Origin: Anaerohalosphaeraceae bacterium
GTDB lineage: Bacteria; Planctomycetota; Phycisphaerae; Sedimentisphaerales; Anaerohalosphaeraceae
Direction of reading: 5' to 3'
Length of the DNA: 64,000 nt
NCBI GenBank assembly: GCA_050309605.1
Contig: JBNRMN010000020.1
Span: 64,001-128,000 of the forward strand
The position numbers were made by a program, and so were the translations under genes. Positions 20,289-31,069 of this stretch are shown here, one piece after another (the first letter of the stretch is position 1; the number at the start of each line of letters is the position of its first letter). The notes under the pieces are model-generated. The model searched no databases, was not told the origin of the DNA, and was given only the letters and a program-made list of their open reading frames with translations.

Positions 20289-20717
20289 ATGGAAATACTT
20301 CGTCGGCATACAGATTATGCCCTGCGGGCGGCACTTTGCCTGGCTGCTTCAGAGGAGCAGGGACAGATGTCAGTTCGACGGATCAGCGAACAAACAGACA
20401 TTCCTTACCCGATTACATGCAAACTTATGCAAAAACTCAGCCAGGCAGGCATCGCTGCCGGCATTCTCGGCCTGCACGGCGGCTATGCTCTTTCTCGTCC
20501 ACCCGGCGACATCAGCGTGTTTGACATCATTCAAGCCGTTCAGGGGCCGTTGCAAATGAACAAATGCACCAACCCCTCAACGCCCTGCCCCAAACAGCCT
20601 GACTGCGCCGTGCATCCCTTTTTGGCGGAGATTCAGAATGAACTGGATACTCGACTGCAAAAAACCACGCTAAAGGACTTGCTCACCGGCGGCTTTCGTC
20701 CCCAAAGCCGCCGGTGA
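20289..20717 (+). CDS. Rrf2 family transcriptional regulator (probable Fe-S)
   Basis: TDYALRA, GxxGGYxLxRP, three Cys in KCTNPSTPCPKQPDC. Confidence 0.9.
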   Translation: MEILRRHTDYALRAALCLAASEEQGQMSVRRISEQTDIPYPITCKLMQKLSQAGIAAGILGLHGGYALSRPPGDISVFDIIQAVQGPLQMNKCTNPSTPCPKQPDCAVHPFLAEIQNELDTRLQKTTLKDLLTGGFRPQSRR

Positions 20718-20819
20718 AATCATCGATCCGCCGCGACGATGTCCGTTTGGAAAACAACTTGACCCGACCGGCGGTCAGTCTCCTCTTTTGCAGGCTTTCA
20801 ACCCGCCATGTCGTTCGGA

Positions 20820-21515
20820 TTACAGTTCGCGAATGCGGATATTACGGAAATACACCTTGTCGCCGTGATCCTGCAAAAGGATATGTCCTTTTGGCGCCAG
20901 CGCAAAATCGGCTGTGTCTTTGAATTTGCTTTCGGCGATCAACTGTCGAAACGCCGGATCATCCCGTTTGTATTCAAGTACTTTCACGCCGTTAAGCCAG
21001 TGCTCGACGCGCATATCCTTGCTGACGATTCGCGCGGTATTCCACTGTCCGATAGGCTTGACGGGCTTGTCGGCTCGTGCGGGCATCACATCATACAGCG
21101 ACGCCAGCGTCCGATTGCCGTCCCGTCCCGCTCGGGCGTCCGGGTGCCGCTGATCGTCAAGAATCTGGTACTCCGGCCCCAGGCCGCTGCCGCCACGGGT
21201 CAGCGACTCATCAACCAGATATTTAATCCCGCTGTTGGCCCCTTCGGTCATCTTGAACTCCAGCTCCAGCTCAAAATTGCCGTACTGCTGGATCGTAATA
21301 ATATCGCGTGAGCGTCCCTGGGCCGGATCGCGCACAAGGCAGCCGTCTTCAATCACCCAGCCGGTCTCAGGAAATGTCTCGCTGTTCATTCCGCGCCACG
21401 CCTGGACGCCTGAACCATCAAACAGCGTTTGCCAGCGGCTCTGCTGTTGCTGCTGACAGCCGACCGCCATCCATCCCATTAAACAACACGTCACAATCCA
21501 TAAGCCGCATCTCAT
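20820..21515 (-). CDS. DUF1080 (3-keto-disaccharide hydrolase/lyase family) lipoprotein
   Basis: Lipobox AVGC; LFDG..W, NFELELEFK, ANSGIKY, EYQILDD, ASLYD, GQWN, GHILLQDHG. Confidence 0.9.
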   Translation of the reverse strand: MRCGLWIVTCCLMGWMAVGCQQQQQSRWQTLFDGSGVQAWRGMNSETFPETGWVIEDGCLVRDPAQGRSRDIITIQQYGNFELELEFKMTEGANSGIKYLVDESLTRGGSGLGPEYQILDDQRHPDARAGRDGNRTLASLYDVMPARADKPVKPIGQWNTARIVSKDMRVEHWLNGVKVLEYKRDDPAFRQLIAESKFKDTADFALAPKGHILLQDHGDKVYFRNIRIREL

Positions 21516-21602
21516 CAATCATCCCTTTCATCAAACAGGGGCGGGCACTGCCCGCCCTCACATACCATTGTTTCTCAATATCAATCCCTCGCGTCATCCG
21601 CT

Positions 21603-23048
21603 TTAGACACGACTCGGAATCCGATACTCACCGCGTCCGACACGTTTGAGCAGCGCAGTGGCCTGACGATCGCCGACGAACTGTTCGCGCCGGCCGTCAA
21701 ACGTCAGCGTCCGCCCCGTTCGATACGACACATTGGCCAGCAGCGGCAAGGCTGAGGACATAAATCCGTCTTCAATATCACACGTTAAATCGCTGTGTTT
21801 GCCGCTGCGAATCGCCGCGATAAAGTTGCCCTGATGGCCGCCGCTGCCGGCGCCGGCGACATCCATCGGATCGGCCTCCTGATCACCTTCGGAACCGGGT
21901 CCCGGCTCATTATTGTGGCCCAGGTAAGTCTTCCACGTCGAACCGTTCAGGCTCATCCAGCCTTCCGTGCCGTAAAACAGGTTGCCCACGCCGATGCCTT
22001 CTTCCGGGTTGGTCGGCAATCCGCGCACCTCAAAGACCAGCAGTGCCCCGTCGGCGTATTTGATATTGGCCGTCTGCACATTCGGCGTTTCCTGATCACT
22101 CGGCGGCCCGTACAGTCCGCCGGACGAGCTGATTTCGACGGGGTGTTCGGCTTTGCCCAGACCCCACCGAGCGATATCAAACTGATGCGGCCCCTGATTG
22201 GCAATATCGCCGCCGCCGTAGTTCCAGTTCCAGTGCCAGTTGTAATGGAAGCGATTGTAACTGAACGGGAGCAACTTGGCCGGTCCGGTCCACATGTCGT
22301 AATCCACTTTGGCCATATACTCAGCCGAATAATTTTCGCCGCGCCGATTGAACACATAATATTCGTAGTCAGACCCCGTGCCGATACCCTCTTTGACCTG
22401 GCCGATCCAGTCGCGACGTTTGTAGCACAAGCCCCGTGCCATATACACCCGGCCGATGCCGCCTTCCTGCAAAAACTGCATCGCACGACGGACGTTGATA
22501 AACGACCGATTCTGGAAACCGGCCTGCACGAGCACATTGTACCGCCGTGCGGCCTGGACCATCTGTCGTCCTTCCCAGACATTATGACAGACGGGTTTTT
22601 CCACATACACGTGCTTGCCCGCCTGACAGGCCCAGATCGTCTGCAGCGCGTGCCAGTGGTTGGGCGTCCCCAGCACCACCGCGTCAATGGATTTGTCCTC
22701 CAGCATGATGCGCATATCCGTATAGCCGACCGGACGCGCGCCCTGCCGTTCCTGAGCCTCGCGGAGTCGGCGCTGAAGCACATTGCCATCCACATCGCAC
22801 AGCGCCTGAATATGCACATTGGGCATATTCATAAATCCCTCGGCCAGCGCCCAGCCGCGACTGCGAACACCCACCACGCCCAGATTGATCCGTTCATTGG
22901 CCCCGACGGCGCGGCGTCCGGGCGCCCAAGCTATGCCGGCCTGCCGCTGACAGGACGACAACGCCCCGGCCGCCAAAATACCCGCCGAAAGTTTTCCCGT
23001 ATTGACCAGAAAATGACGACGGGACACATCTGATTGAATGTCACGCAT
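21603..23048 (-). CDS. Tat-exported Gfo/Idh/MocA oxidoreductase
   Basis: SRRHFL Tat motif; GANERINLGVVG, TPNHWH, KHVYVEKP, NQGPHQFD; GGAGG RBS. Confidence 0.9.
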   Translation of the reverse strand: MRDIQSDVSRRHFLVNTGKLSAGILAAGALSSCQRQAGIAWAPGRRAVGANERINLGVVGVRSRGWALAEGFMNMPNVHIQALCDVDGNVLQRRLREAQERQGARPVGYTDMRIMLEDKSIDAVVLGTPNHWHALQTIWACQAGKHVYVEKPVCHNVWEGRQMVQAARRYNVLVQAGFQNRSFINVRRAMQFLQEGGIGRVYMARGLCYKRRDWIGQVKEGIGTGSDYEYYVFNRRGENYSAEYMAKVDYDMWTGPAKLLPFSYNRFHYNWHWNWNYGGGDIANQGPHQFDIARWGLGKAEHPVEISSSGGLYGPPSDQETPNVQTANIKYADGALLVFEVRGLPTNPEEGIGVGNLFYGTEGWMSLNGSTWKTYLGHNNEPGPGSEGDQEADPMDVAGAGSGGHQGNFIAAIRSGKHSDLTCDIEDGFMSSALPLLANVSYRTGRTLTFDGRREQFVGDRQATALLKRVGRGEYRIPSRV

Positions 23049-23494
23049 ACTAACCTCCGCTAAATCAATTATGGGTTTCAATTAGTGCCGTATTCAATTA
23101 TCCGCGCAACCTGCAATGCAAACCGCGTGCGCTCGCCTGCATCGCCGACGGTCCCGCAGAAAGGCTGCCCCCGGTGACCATAAAATCACGACCCGACAGC
23201 GGTGACAGATGGGTTTGATGGATATGCATACGACCTCCTGACAGAACAGATGAACTTTTTAAAGCTCTCATTAACGTCATAGGACAGCATTGGTTATGAA
23301 CTTTTCAGACCAACCGAAAGCGTACAATTTCGCTTTGCCGGCCATCATTTTTTCGAAAACCGACGGCGATGTCAACTCTTTTTTCTCACGACGTGAAAAA
23401 TTTCCTTGACAGCACCCAGGAAATCCGGCTTTTATAATACAACATAAACCAGCAAAAAATCTAAATTGTGTACCTTGTTTATAAGGAGATCGCA

Positions 23495-24370
23495 ATGAAT
23501 GGGGATGCATCCCGCAGGCTGTTTCTAAAATCAGTCGGCGTATTGGCCGGCGCCGTCGCGGTCGGCTCAACCGCTTCGGCAGCCACCGCCGCGGTCGCCG
23601 CGCCGTCGGTGCCACATGACAACAAAAAATTCGCACCTCGTTTCGGCCTGGCCTCCTATACGACCCGCAAGCTGACACTCGACCAAACCATCGCCTTGGT
23701 CAAACGTCTCAATTTGAGCTGTCTGACGCTCAAGGATATGCACCTGCCGATGAACGTCCCGCTCGAGATCACCGCGCAAACCGCCCAAAAGGTTCGCGAT
23801 GCCGGCCTGGATCTCTATGGCGGAGGCGTCATTTACATGAACTCCGAGGCCGAGGTGGACCGCGCCTTCGACTACGCCAAAGCCGCCGGCTTTCGACTCA
23901 TCGTCGGCGTGCCTCGACACGAGCTGCTGGACTATGTCGAAGACAAAATCAAGACATACAACATCGCCGTCGCCATCCACAACCACGGCCCGGAAGACCG
24001 GCTCTACCCCACCGTCCAAAGCGCTTACACGCGCCTTGAAGGCCGCGACAAACGCTTCGGTCTGTGCATCGACATCGGACATACCCAGCGCAGCGACATC
24101 CGACCGGCCGATGATATCCTGCAATTTCACGACCGCATGCTCGATATTCATTTCAAAGACGTCAGCGCCCCGACCCGCAGAGGCTCTACCGTCGAAATCG
24201 GGCGCGGCGTCATTGATATTCCCGCCGCTCTGGAGGCCCTTCGCCGCGTCGGCTACGCGGGCGTCGCCTCCTATGAATATGAAAAAGACGCCGACGATCC
24301 CCTGCCCGGATTGGCCGAAAGCGTCGGCTATGTCAACGGCGTCATTGCCATGATGAACCGAAACAAATGA
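23495..24370 (+). CDS. Tat-exported sugar phosphate isomerase/epimerase (xylose-isomerase-like TIM barrel)
   Basis: SRRLFL; AIHNHGPED, CIDIGH, IHFKD, EYE metal ligands; AAGGAG RBS. Confidence 0.88.
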   Translation: MNGDASRRLFLKSVGVLAGAVAVGSTASAATAAVAAPSVPHDNKKFAPRFGLASYTTRKLTLDQTIALVKRLNLSCLTLKDMHLPMNVPLEITAQTAQKVRDAGLDLYGGGVIYMNSEAEVDRAFDYAKAAGFRLIVGVPRHELLDYVEDKIKTYNIAVAIHNHGPEDRLYPTVQSAYTRLEGRDKRFGLCIDIGHTQRSDIRPADDILQFHDRMLDIHFKDVSAPTRRGSTVEIGRGVIDIPAALEALRRVGYAGVASYEYEKDADDPLPGLAESVGYVNGVIAMMNRNK

Positions 24371-24390
24371 AAACGAAAGGGTCAAACGCA

Positions 24391-25773
24391 ATGAAAAAAA
24401 AACTGATGTGTCTCGGACTGATTGGATGTTTGATGATGACCGCTTCTTGTACTGAACCGCTGAAAACGACCGCTGATGCGTATCCCGTTACGTTGGTGAC
24501 GGTTGATCCCGGCCATTTTCACGCCGCACTGATACAGAAAAACATGTATCCGCAGATCAACCCCACGGTCTATGTCTATGCGCCCGACGGCCCCGAAGTG
24601 GACGGCCACCTTAATCTGATCAACAGCTATAACACCCGCGACGAAAATCCCACCCACTGGAAAACCGTCCTGTATCGCGGCGGCGATTTTCTTGAAAAAG
24701 CCCTCAGGGAACAAAAAGGCAACGTCGTGATGCTGGCCGGCAACAACCGCAAGAAAACCGAATACATCAAAACCTTCATTGAGGCCGGCCTGAACGTCTA
24801 TTCCGATAAACCGATGTGCATCAACAAGGAAGGCTTTGCCCTGCTTAAAGAAGCCTTCGCCGCGGCTGAAAAGAACGGTGTCCTGTTATACGACATTATG
24901 ACCGAGCGATATGAAATCACCAGTATTCTGCAAAAAGAACTGGCCAATACGCCGGCGGTGTTCGGCGCGATGAAAAAAGGCTCGCTCGACGATCCGTCTA
25001 TTGTCAAAGAAAGCGTTCACCACTTTTTCAAATACGTCTCCGGCAGCCCGCTCAAGCGACCGGGATGGTTCTTTGACACGACCCAGCAGGGCGAGGGCAT
25101 CGTCGATGTTACCACCCACCTGATCGACCTGGTACAGTGGGGCGCTTTTCCCGAACAGATCATCGACTATAAAACCGACATCAATCTGCTGGCCGCACGC
25201 CGCTGGCCGACTGTGCTGACGCGACAGCAGTATCAGCGCGTCACTCATCTGCCCGACTTCCCCGATTATCTCAAGATGCAGCTAAACGCCGACGGCAGCC
25301 TGCCCTGCTATGCCAACGGGCAAATTGACTATACCATCAAAGGCGTCCATACGCGCGTCCGTGTGGAATGGGCCTACGAAGCCCCCGAAGGCGCCGGCGA
25401 CACCCATTACTCGATTATGAAAGGCACAAAAGCCAACATCCTCATTCTGCAGGGCGCCGAGCAAAACTATCGTCCCGAACTGTACATCGAGCCGGCCGAG
25501 GGCGTCTCGGCCAACGAGCTGAACGGCCCGATCTATACCGCCGTACTCAATCTGCAGCGAACATATCCCGGCGTGATGATGCAGCGTCAGGGCAGCCGCT
25601 GGCACATCGCCATTCCCGACCGCTACCGCATCGGACACGAGGCTCACTTTACCCAGGTTACCGAAAAGTATCTGGACTTCCTCGAAGAAGGCAAAATGCC
25701 CGATTGGGAAGTACCCAATATGATCACCAAATATTATCTCACCACCGCCGCACTGGAAATGGCAATGCAGTAA
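24391..25773 (+). CDS. Lipoprotein oxidoreductase with putative oxidoreductase C-terminal domain (Gfo/Idh/MocA-related)
   Basis: Lipobox TASC; DPGHFHAALIQK, SDKPM, YDIMTERYE, GEGIVDVTTHL, GHEAHF. Confidence 0.8.
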   Translation: MKKKLMCLGLIGCLMMTASCTEPLKTTADAYPVTLVTVDPGHFHAALIQKNMYPQINPTVYVYAPDGPEVDGHLNLINSYNTRDENPTHWKTVLYRGGDFLEKALREQKGNVVMLAGNNRKKTEYIKTFIEAGLNVYSDKPMCINKEGFALLKEAFAAAEKNGVLLYDIMTERYEITSILQKELANTPAVFGAMKKGSLDDPSIVKESVHHFFKYVSGSPLKRPGWFFDTTQQGEGIVDVTTHLIDLVQWGAFPEQIIDYKTDINLLAARRWPTVLTRQQYQRVTHLPDFPDYLKMQLNADGSLPCYANGQIDYTIKGVHTRVRVEWAYEAPEGAGDTHYSIMKGTKANILILQGAEQNYRPELYIEPAEGVSANELNGPIYTAVLNLQRTYPGVMMQRQGSRWHIAIPDRYRIGHEAHFTQVTEKYLDFLEEGKMPDWEVPNMITKYYLTTAALEMAMQ

Positions 25774-25903
25774 ACCTCGGCGATCAGGCGCGTCGTCCGC
25801 CAAGAACGGCGCGCCTGATCGATACTGCGGTTTTTAATGTTGAGCCATGTGCAAAAAATACACGGCGTTTTTCTATTGCAGCCGCACAGAACACAGAGGG
25901 AAA

Positions 25904-25928
25904 GTTCGTCGTTCGTCGTTCGTCGTTC
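25904..25928. repeat. Heptamer tandem repeat (GTTCGTC) x3.5
   Basis: Directly visible in the convergent intergenic region. Confidence 0.8.
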
Positions 25929-25966
25929 AACTCAAAACCATTCTTCGCGGCGACAAAAGAGTCAAA

Positions 25967-26182
25967 TTATTGTGTTACATCTTCTTCAGTCATCGGGTGC
26001 GGCCGGTCGGCGTGATCATTGACCTTGACATTCAGTCCCGCCGAAACAAACCACAGTACCGTCGCTATCAGCATCAGCAGCTTGACCGTTTCCAGCGATA
26101 ACCCTCCGGCCAGATACACCGCCGACGGTGCCGTCAGCAGCATCAGCGACAGTCCCCCCACAACACGCAGCAGATTTCGCAT
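25967..26182 (-). CDS. Small two-TM membrane protein
   Basis: Starts 2 bp after the permease stop, GAGGAG RBS, two hydrophobic helices. Confidence 0.7.
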   Translation of the reverse strand: MRNLLRVVGGLSLMLLTAPSAVYLAGGLSLETVKLLMLIATVLWFVSAGLNVKVNDHADRPHPMTEEDVTQ

Positions 26183-26184
26183 CG

Positions 26185-27732
26185 TCAGCGCCTCTCCTCG
26201 ACCGCAGGCCGAATACGGGATTGATAAAGTTTGCTGATCCCAATATACAACATCGCCGTCATAAACCAGCCCGGCAAACTCACAAAGAAAATCTCAATCG
26301 TAAACGTCTCTTTGAGCCACTGCAATCGCTCAGGCGAGACATCCAGCAGCCCGCGTGACGCCAGCCAATCCACAATTCCGCCAAACTGCACCAGCACCGT
26401 GCACGCCGTCAGCGTGATCAGCCAGGCCAGCCCCGCAGCCCAGTTGAACGACCGCCCGCTCCATTCGGCCCAATTGCTGCGCAGGCCGAATTTTTTAATC
26501 AGCCAGAAATCCACAAAGATCACCGCCCCCATCGGCATCAAAATCAGCGCCCAGATCGCCACAAAGTCCAGCAGCCTCATGGTGACCTTCGGATAGACCG
26601 CCGCCGCAATCGTCGCGCAAACGCCTGTAATCAGCGTAACGGCAAACCGGCTGCGCTGAGGCATTATCGCCTGAAACGCCAGTCCCGCCCGATACATCGT
26701 CGGATTGGCCGTCGTCCAGCCGGCAATCACCACGCACAGCAGCCCCGTCAGCCCCGCTGCCTCATAGGTCATCGGCCCCGGATGCACATCGGTATTACTC
26801 GGATTGAGATGCAGTTGATATGCAAACAGCAGCGACGCGCAAATCCACGCCATAAAATGCCCGATATACATCCCCGCCGCCGAGGCAATCGCATACCACG
26901 CCTTGCGGGCATATCGAAATACCGACAAATCGCTCAGCCCAATATGCCAGGCCATATTGCAGAACCATGCAAAAAACATCACATGCCAAAACGTAAACTT
27001 CGCCCGGCCGGCCAGCGGCTGGCCGCCCTTCCAAATCGCCGTCTTGCACATCGCCCACACATCGCCGGGGGAATCAATGGCCGTTCCCGTTGCATCAATG
27101 AACCGCCGCAACGTAATCAGTCCGAACGTTAAAAATACCAGGACCATCCACGGCGCCGCGATATTGGCGAACTTGCTGATGGTCTTAAACCCATAAGCCG
27201 CACACACCGCAAACAGCAGCCCCATCACCACCACCGCCAGCACCCAGCCGACGCTGGTCGGCGTCGCGTCATCCAGCCCCGGCATCCGAAAATCAAACCA
27301 CACCCCCAGCGCGGTGGCCGAGACCGTGATCATCGCCCCGGCCAGAATTGTAAACATCACTCCATTGGCCAGATTGTAGGTCGTCACCAGCGTGCGTCCG
27401 CAGATTTTTTCAAGCTGATAATACAGCGTCAGTCGCGCCCGCACGGCAATCGGTGCACAAAACAGCATCCAGCTCAACACCGCCAGCGCATTGCCCACGA
27501 GCAGGCCTAAGATAAAATCAACCGCCGAGACTCCGTGCGCCACAAACAGCGGCCCGATCATCAGTTCCGTTCCGGCCGTATGTTCCCCGGCATACATCCC
27601 CAGAAAACTGCGAAATCCCAATCTCGCACGCGGCGGCACCGGCTGGCGTTCAAACTCTTCGACCGGCGAAAAACCGTCCTGCCGCTCTGCATCGATGTCC
27701 GACCGCGCTGCTGTGTTGACTGCCATAGGCAT
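26185..27732 (-). CDS. Purine-cytosine permease (NCS1)-like transporter
   Basis: About 12 TM; EFERQPVP, GMYAGEHTAGTE, AGWTTANPTMYRAGLA. Confidence 0.75.
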   Translation of the reverse strand: MPMAVNTAARSDIDAERQDGFSPVEEFERQPVPPRARLGFRSFLGMYAGEHTAGTELMIGPLFVAHGVSAVDFILGLLVGNALAVLSWMLFCAPIAVRARLTLYYQLEKICGRTLVTTYNLANGVMFTILAGAMITVSATALGVWFDFRMPGLDDATPTSVGWVLAVVVMGLLFAVCAAYGFKTISKFANIAAPWMVLVFLTFGLITLRRFIDATGTAIDSPGDVWAMCKTAIWKGGQPLAGRAKFTFWHVMFFAWFCNMAWHIGLSDLSVFRYARKAWYAIASAAGMYIGHFMAWICASLLFAYQLHLNPSNTDVHPGPMTYEAAGLTGLLCVVIAGWTTANPTMYRAGLAFQAIMPQRSRFAVTLITGVCATIAAAVYPKVTMRLLDFVAIWALILMPMGAVIFVDFWLIKKFGLRSNWAEWSGRSFNWAAGLAWLITLTACTVLVQFGGIVDWLASRGLLDVSPERLQWLKETFTIEIFFVSLPGWFMTAMLYIGISKLYQSRIRPAVEERR

Positions 27733-27765
27733 CCGCCTGTATGAGTGTGTTATGAACTATCTCGA

Positions 27766-30700
27766 CTACGGCAATACAGACTGAAACCGATAGCTTCCCG
27801 ATCCGACGTGCAGAATGACCGCATCGGGTTCTGTACCCGCCACGACAACGCCTTCGGCCTGCGAAAGAGGCCGGCCCGACTCGCGCACGGATTCGATGCG
27901 GCCGGTCGGCACGACCACCGTTGCGGTGGTATTGGCGGGAATCTCGATTTCCCATTCAAATACGCCGTCCGCCTTTTTCCAGTGCGACGCTATCGGCCCG
28001 CGAATGCTTTCGTAGCGAACATTCGCCCAGGTCAGCTTGCCGCCGGGCCGCGGATGCAGGACGATATGCTTGAAAGCCGGCCCGTCGGTCTGAATGCCGC
28101 CGATATTCTCAAACATCCACTGACCGACCGCACCGTAGGCATAGTGTGCAAACGAATTCATCCCCGGATCGGCAAATCCCTGATCCGGCGTCCAGCCGTT
28201 CCATCGCTCCCAGATGCTCGTCGCCCCATGCTTGATCGAAAAGCCCCACGATGGAAACGTATCATTATGCAGCAGCCGATAGGCCACGTCGTACCGTCCG
28301 ATCTTGCCCAGCACGTGCATCAAGTCCTTCGTCCCCAGAAAACCGGTGGACAGATGCCAGTTATTATCCCGTATCTTACGAATCAAATGCTCGGCGGCCT
28401 GCTGTTTGCGCTGTCCGTCCAGCACATCGTGAGCCAGCGCCAGGACATAGGCCGTCTGGCTGTCGCCCTTGATTTTGCCGTCCTCGGCGACATAGGCCTT
28501 GTTAAACGCCCCCTTAATTTGTTCAAACAGCGCGTCGTACTGTGCGGCGTCTTCGCTTCGCCCCAGGGCCTCGGCCGCTCGCGCCGTCAAATACGCACTG
28601 TAAGCGAAATACGAGGTGTAAATCACATCGTTGGGCGTATCGTCATTGATATTCAGCCAATCTCCGAAACAGTGAAATCGCGCCGGCGGCAGCAGCTTTG
28701 CCGTTGAACGATTTGTGCAGAACGCGATAAACCGCCTCATCCCCTCATAATGGGTCGCAAGCAACTGACGGTCGCCGTACATTTGATAAATCGTCCACGG
28801 ACAAATCACCCCCGCATCCGCCCAGCCCGGTCCGCCGTCTTCCTGGGCAGCCACCAACGGCGCGACCTTGGGGAACTGTCCGTCCGCCCGCTGCGCATCG
28901 GCCAGATCCACCAGCCACTTGGTAAAGAACGCCTGCACGTCTGTATTGTAACAAGCCGCGGCGACATACACCTGCGCATCGCCGGTCCAGCCGAGCCGTT
29001 CATCCCGCTGGGGGCAATCCGTCGGAACGTCGATAAAGTTGGACCGCTGCGTCTGGCAGATGTTATGATAAAGCTGATTGAGCATCGGATCGCTGCATGA
29101 AAACGAGCCAACCACCGGCGTTGCCGAGGTCAGTTCAATCGCCGTGACCGCATCCTTGCCCGGTACGCCCGGATAACCGGTCACTTCAACATACTGAAAT
29201 CCGTGAAATGTAAACCGCGGCTGCCAGACTTCAATCCCCTCGCCTTTGCAGATATAGGTATCCGTCGCGCGGGCTGCGCGAAGATTCTCCGTATAAACTG
29301 TACCATCGGGGTTCAGCCGCTCAGCGAACCGCAAGACAACTTGATCGCCCGCCTTGCCGCGGACTTTTAATCGCACTACCCCGGCCAGATTCGTACCCAT
29401 ATCAAATACATACGCTCCTTTGATCGGCTCGGTGATGCGCACCGGAGAGATCTCCTTAAAGACCTGCACGGTCACCCCCGGATAGGCCTGAATCCGCGGC
29501 GACACCGGCGCCCCCGTTGCCGCCGTCTTCCAATTCGAATCATCATAGCCCGGCCGATCCCAACCGTTCAACTCCTTTCGCGCGTCATAGGTTTCACCCA
29601 TCAGTAAATCCGCTTCCAGCGTCGGTCCTGTCGATGCCTTCCAGTGCGCATCACTGACGATGGTCTCGCTGCCGCCGTCGGCATATTCCAAATGCAGTTG
29701 GGCGGCCAGTCGAGGATCCGGCCCGTAGTGTTCTCGTTTGCGCCCCCAGCCAACATAGCCGGAGAACCACCCGTCGGCCAGCACGGCCCCGATGGCATTT
29801 TGCCCTTGCTCAATGGCCTCCGTTACATCATATTGCACATAATAAACCCGTTTATGATAATCCGTCCAGCCGGGCACGAAATAATCATTTCCGATTGTTT
29901 GGCCGTTAAGCCGCATCCGGGCGATTCCAAGTGCCGAAACCAGCATGACAGCTCGCCTTACGGGCCGGGTTGTCTCGAATGTTCGCCTTAGATAAACCGG
30001 CGCAGGCAAGGTCAAAGACGACAGCGAAATCCGCCCCCACGGTGCCGCTCCGTTATCTGCAAACGCCATCGCTGCGGACCAATCCGAATCGTCAAAAGCC
30101 GTATCCTGCCAGCCTTCCGCGGCCTGAACAGCACATTTCCACGAAGCGTCTATCGGGATGAGCTGACGTCGCCCGTCAGGGTATTCAATTACCGCGATGC
30201 CCATCAAGCCGGCCGGATTGGGGTGATCGCCTTCATTGCGCACCGCAATCGCAAACACATTTTGTCCGGATCTTAATGCCTCTTTCAAATCGAATGGAGC
30301 GGCATGCGAAAAACCAACCGTCCCGGGCAGCCGCGTTCCGTTGACATACACCCGTGCATTGTTATCCGCAGCGACATACAGCATGGCTTGTTTTGGCGAC
30401 TGAGCGCTGTCCACAACAAAGGTCTTGCGAAAATACCGCGTCTCAGCCGGCACCGCGCGTGTCGGATCCCCGTCACTCGGAATCCACACCCATCGGCAGT
30501 CCGCCAAGGCCTTCGTTACTTCCCGGTCGCCGATTGACAAATTGGCCGGCCGGTCGTCCATGCCGACCCATTGCGCGATCCATTCCTGTTCCGGCCTGAG
30601 CAGTCCCATCTGCCATTTGGCCGGCGCCGACCACTCGGAGGCAATACCGTCTCGGTCCCAAACCCGCACCGCCCAGTAGTACACCCCCAGCGATAACAGC

Positions 30701-31014
30701 GGCTTGCCGTCATACTCCACACCCATCGTCCGGTCGCTTTGCACCCTGCCCGAATCCCAGACCGTTCCGTGCCCGGCCTTCAGTGCCTCAAGCGAATCCG
30801 CCACACGCACCTGATAGGCGCTTTGCTTTTGTCCACGCTGCGAGGAGACAACCGTCCAGCTCAAACGCGGTGATGCCACATCAATTCCCAGCGGATCGAC
30901 CCGATGTTCACACCGCAAATAGTCCGCCCGCAATGGCGAGACACCCTTTGCCGAATCCGTCATGAACAATACACCGCATACCATCGCCGCATACCCGACT
31001 ATTCCCATTGCCAT
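27766..31014 (-). CDS. Secreted alpha-L-rhamnosidase (GH78)
   Basis: PTDCPQRDERLGWTGDA, PRFTFHGFQYVE, GATSIWERWN, MNSFAHYAYGAV; start after GAGGTG. Confidence 0.93.
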   Translation of the reverse strand: MAMGIVGYAAMVCGVLFMTDSAKGVSPLRADYLRCEHRVDPLGIDVASPRLSWTVVSSQRGQKQSAYQVRVADSLEALKAGHGTVWDSGRVQSDRTMGVEYDGKPLLSLGVYYWAVRVWDRDGIASEWSAPAKWQMGLLRPEQEWIAQWVGMDDRPANLSIGDREVTKALADCRWVWIPSDGDPTRAVPAETRYFRKTFVVDSAQSPKQAMLYVAADNNARVYVNGTRLPGTVGFSHAAPFDLKEALRSGQNVFAIAVRNEGDHPNPAGLMGIAVIEYPDGRRQLIPIDASWKCAVQAAEGWQDTAFDDSDWSAAMAFADNGAAPWGRISLSSLTLPAPVYLRRTFETTRPVRRAVMLVSALGIARMRLNGQTIGNDYFVPGWTDYHKRVYYVQYDVTEAIEQGQNAIGAVLADGWFSGYVGWGRKREHYGPDPRLAAQLHLEYADGGSETIVSDAHWKASTGPTLEADLLMGETYDARKELNGWDRPGYDDSNWKTAATGAPVSPRIQAYPGVTVQVFKEISPVRITEPIKGAYVFDMGTNLAGVVRLKVRGKAGDQVVLRFAERLNPDGTVYTENLRAARATDTYICKGEGIEVWQPRFTFHGFQYVEVTGYPGVPGKDAVTAIELTSATPVVGSFSCSDPMLNQLYHNICQTQRSNFIDVPTDCPQRDERLGWTGDAQVYVAAACYNTDVQAFFTKWLVDLADAQRADGQFPKVAPLVAAQEDGGPGWADAGVICPWTIYQMYGDRQLLATHYEGMRRFIAFCTNRSTAKLLPPARFHCFGDWLNINDDTPNDVIYTSYFAYSAYLTARAAEALGRSEDAAQYDALFEQIKGAFNKAYVAEDGKIKGDSQTAYVLALAHDVLDGQRKQQAAEHLIRKIRDNNWHLSTGFLGTKDLMHVLGKIGRYDVAYRLLHNDTFPSWGFSIKHGATSIWERWNGWTPDQGFADPGMNSFAHYAYGAVGQWMFENIGGIQTDGPAFKHIVLHPRPGGKLTWANVRYESIRGPIASHWKKADGVFEWEIEIPANTTATVVVPTGRIESVRESGRPLSQAEGVVVAGTEPDAVILHVGSGSYRFQSVLP

Positions 31015-31069
31015 CGGACACCTCACATAACTGTTGTCATTACCATCAGAAAAAAAAGTTAAACCGTTC

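Noticed and set aside
23406..23438. TTGACA...TATAAT promoter pair
   Set aside because: The spacer is 21 bp, too long for the two hexamers to act together.
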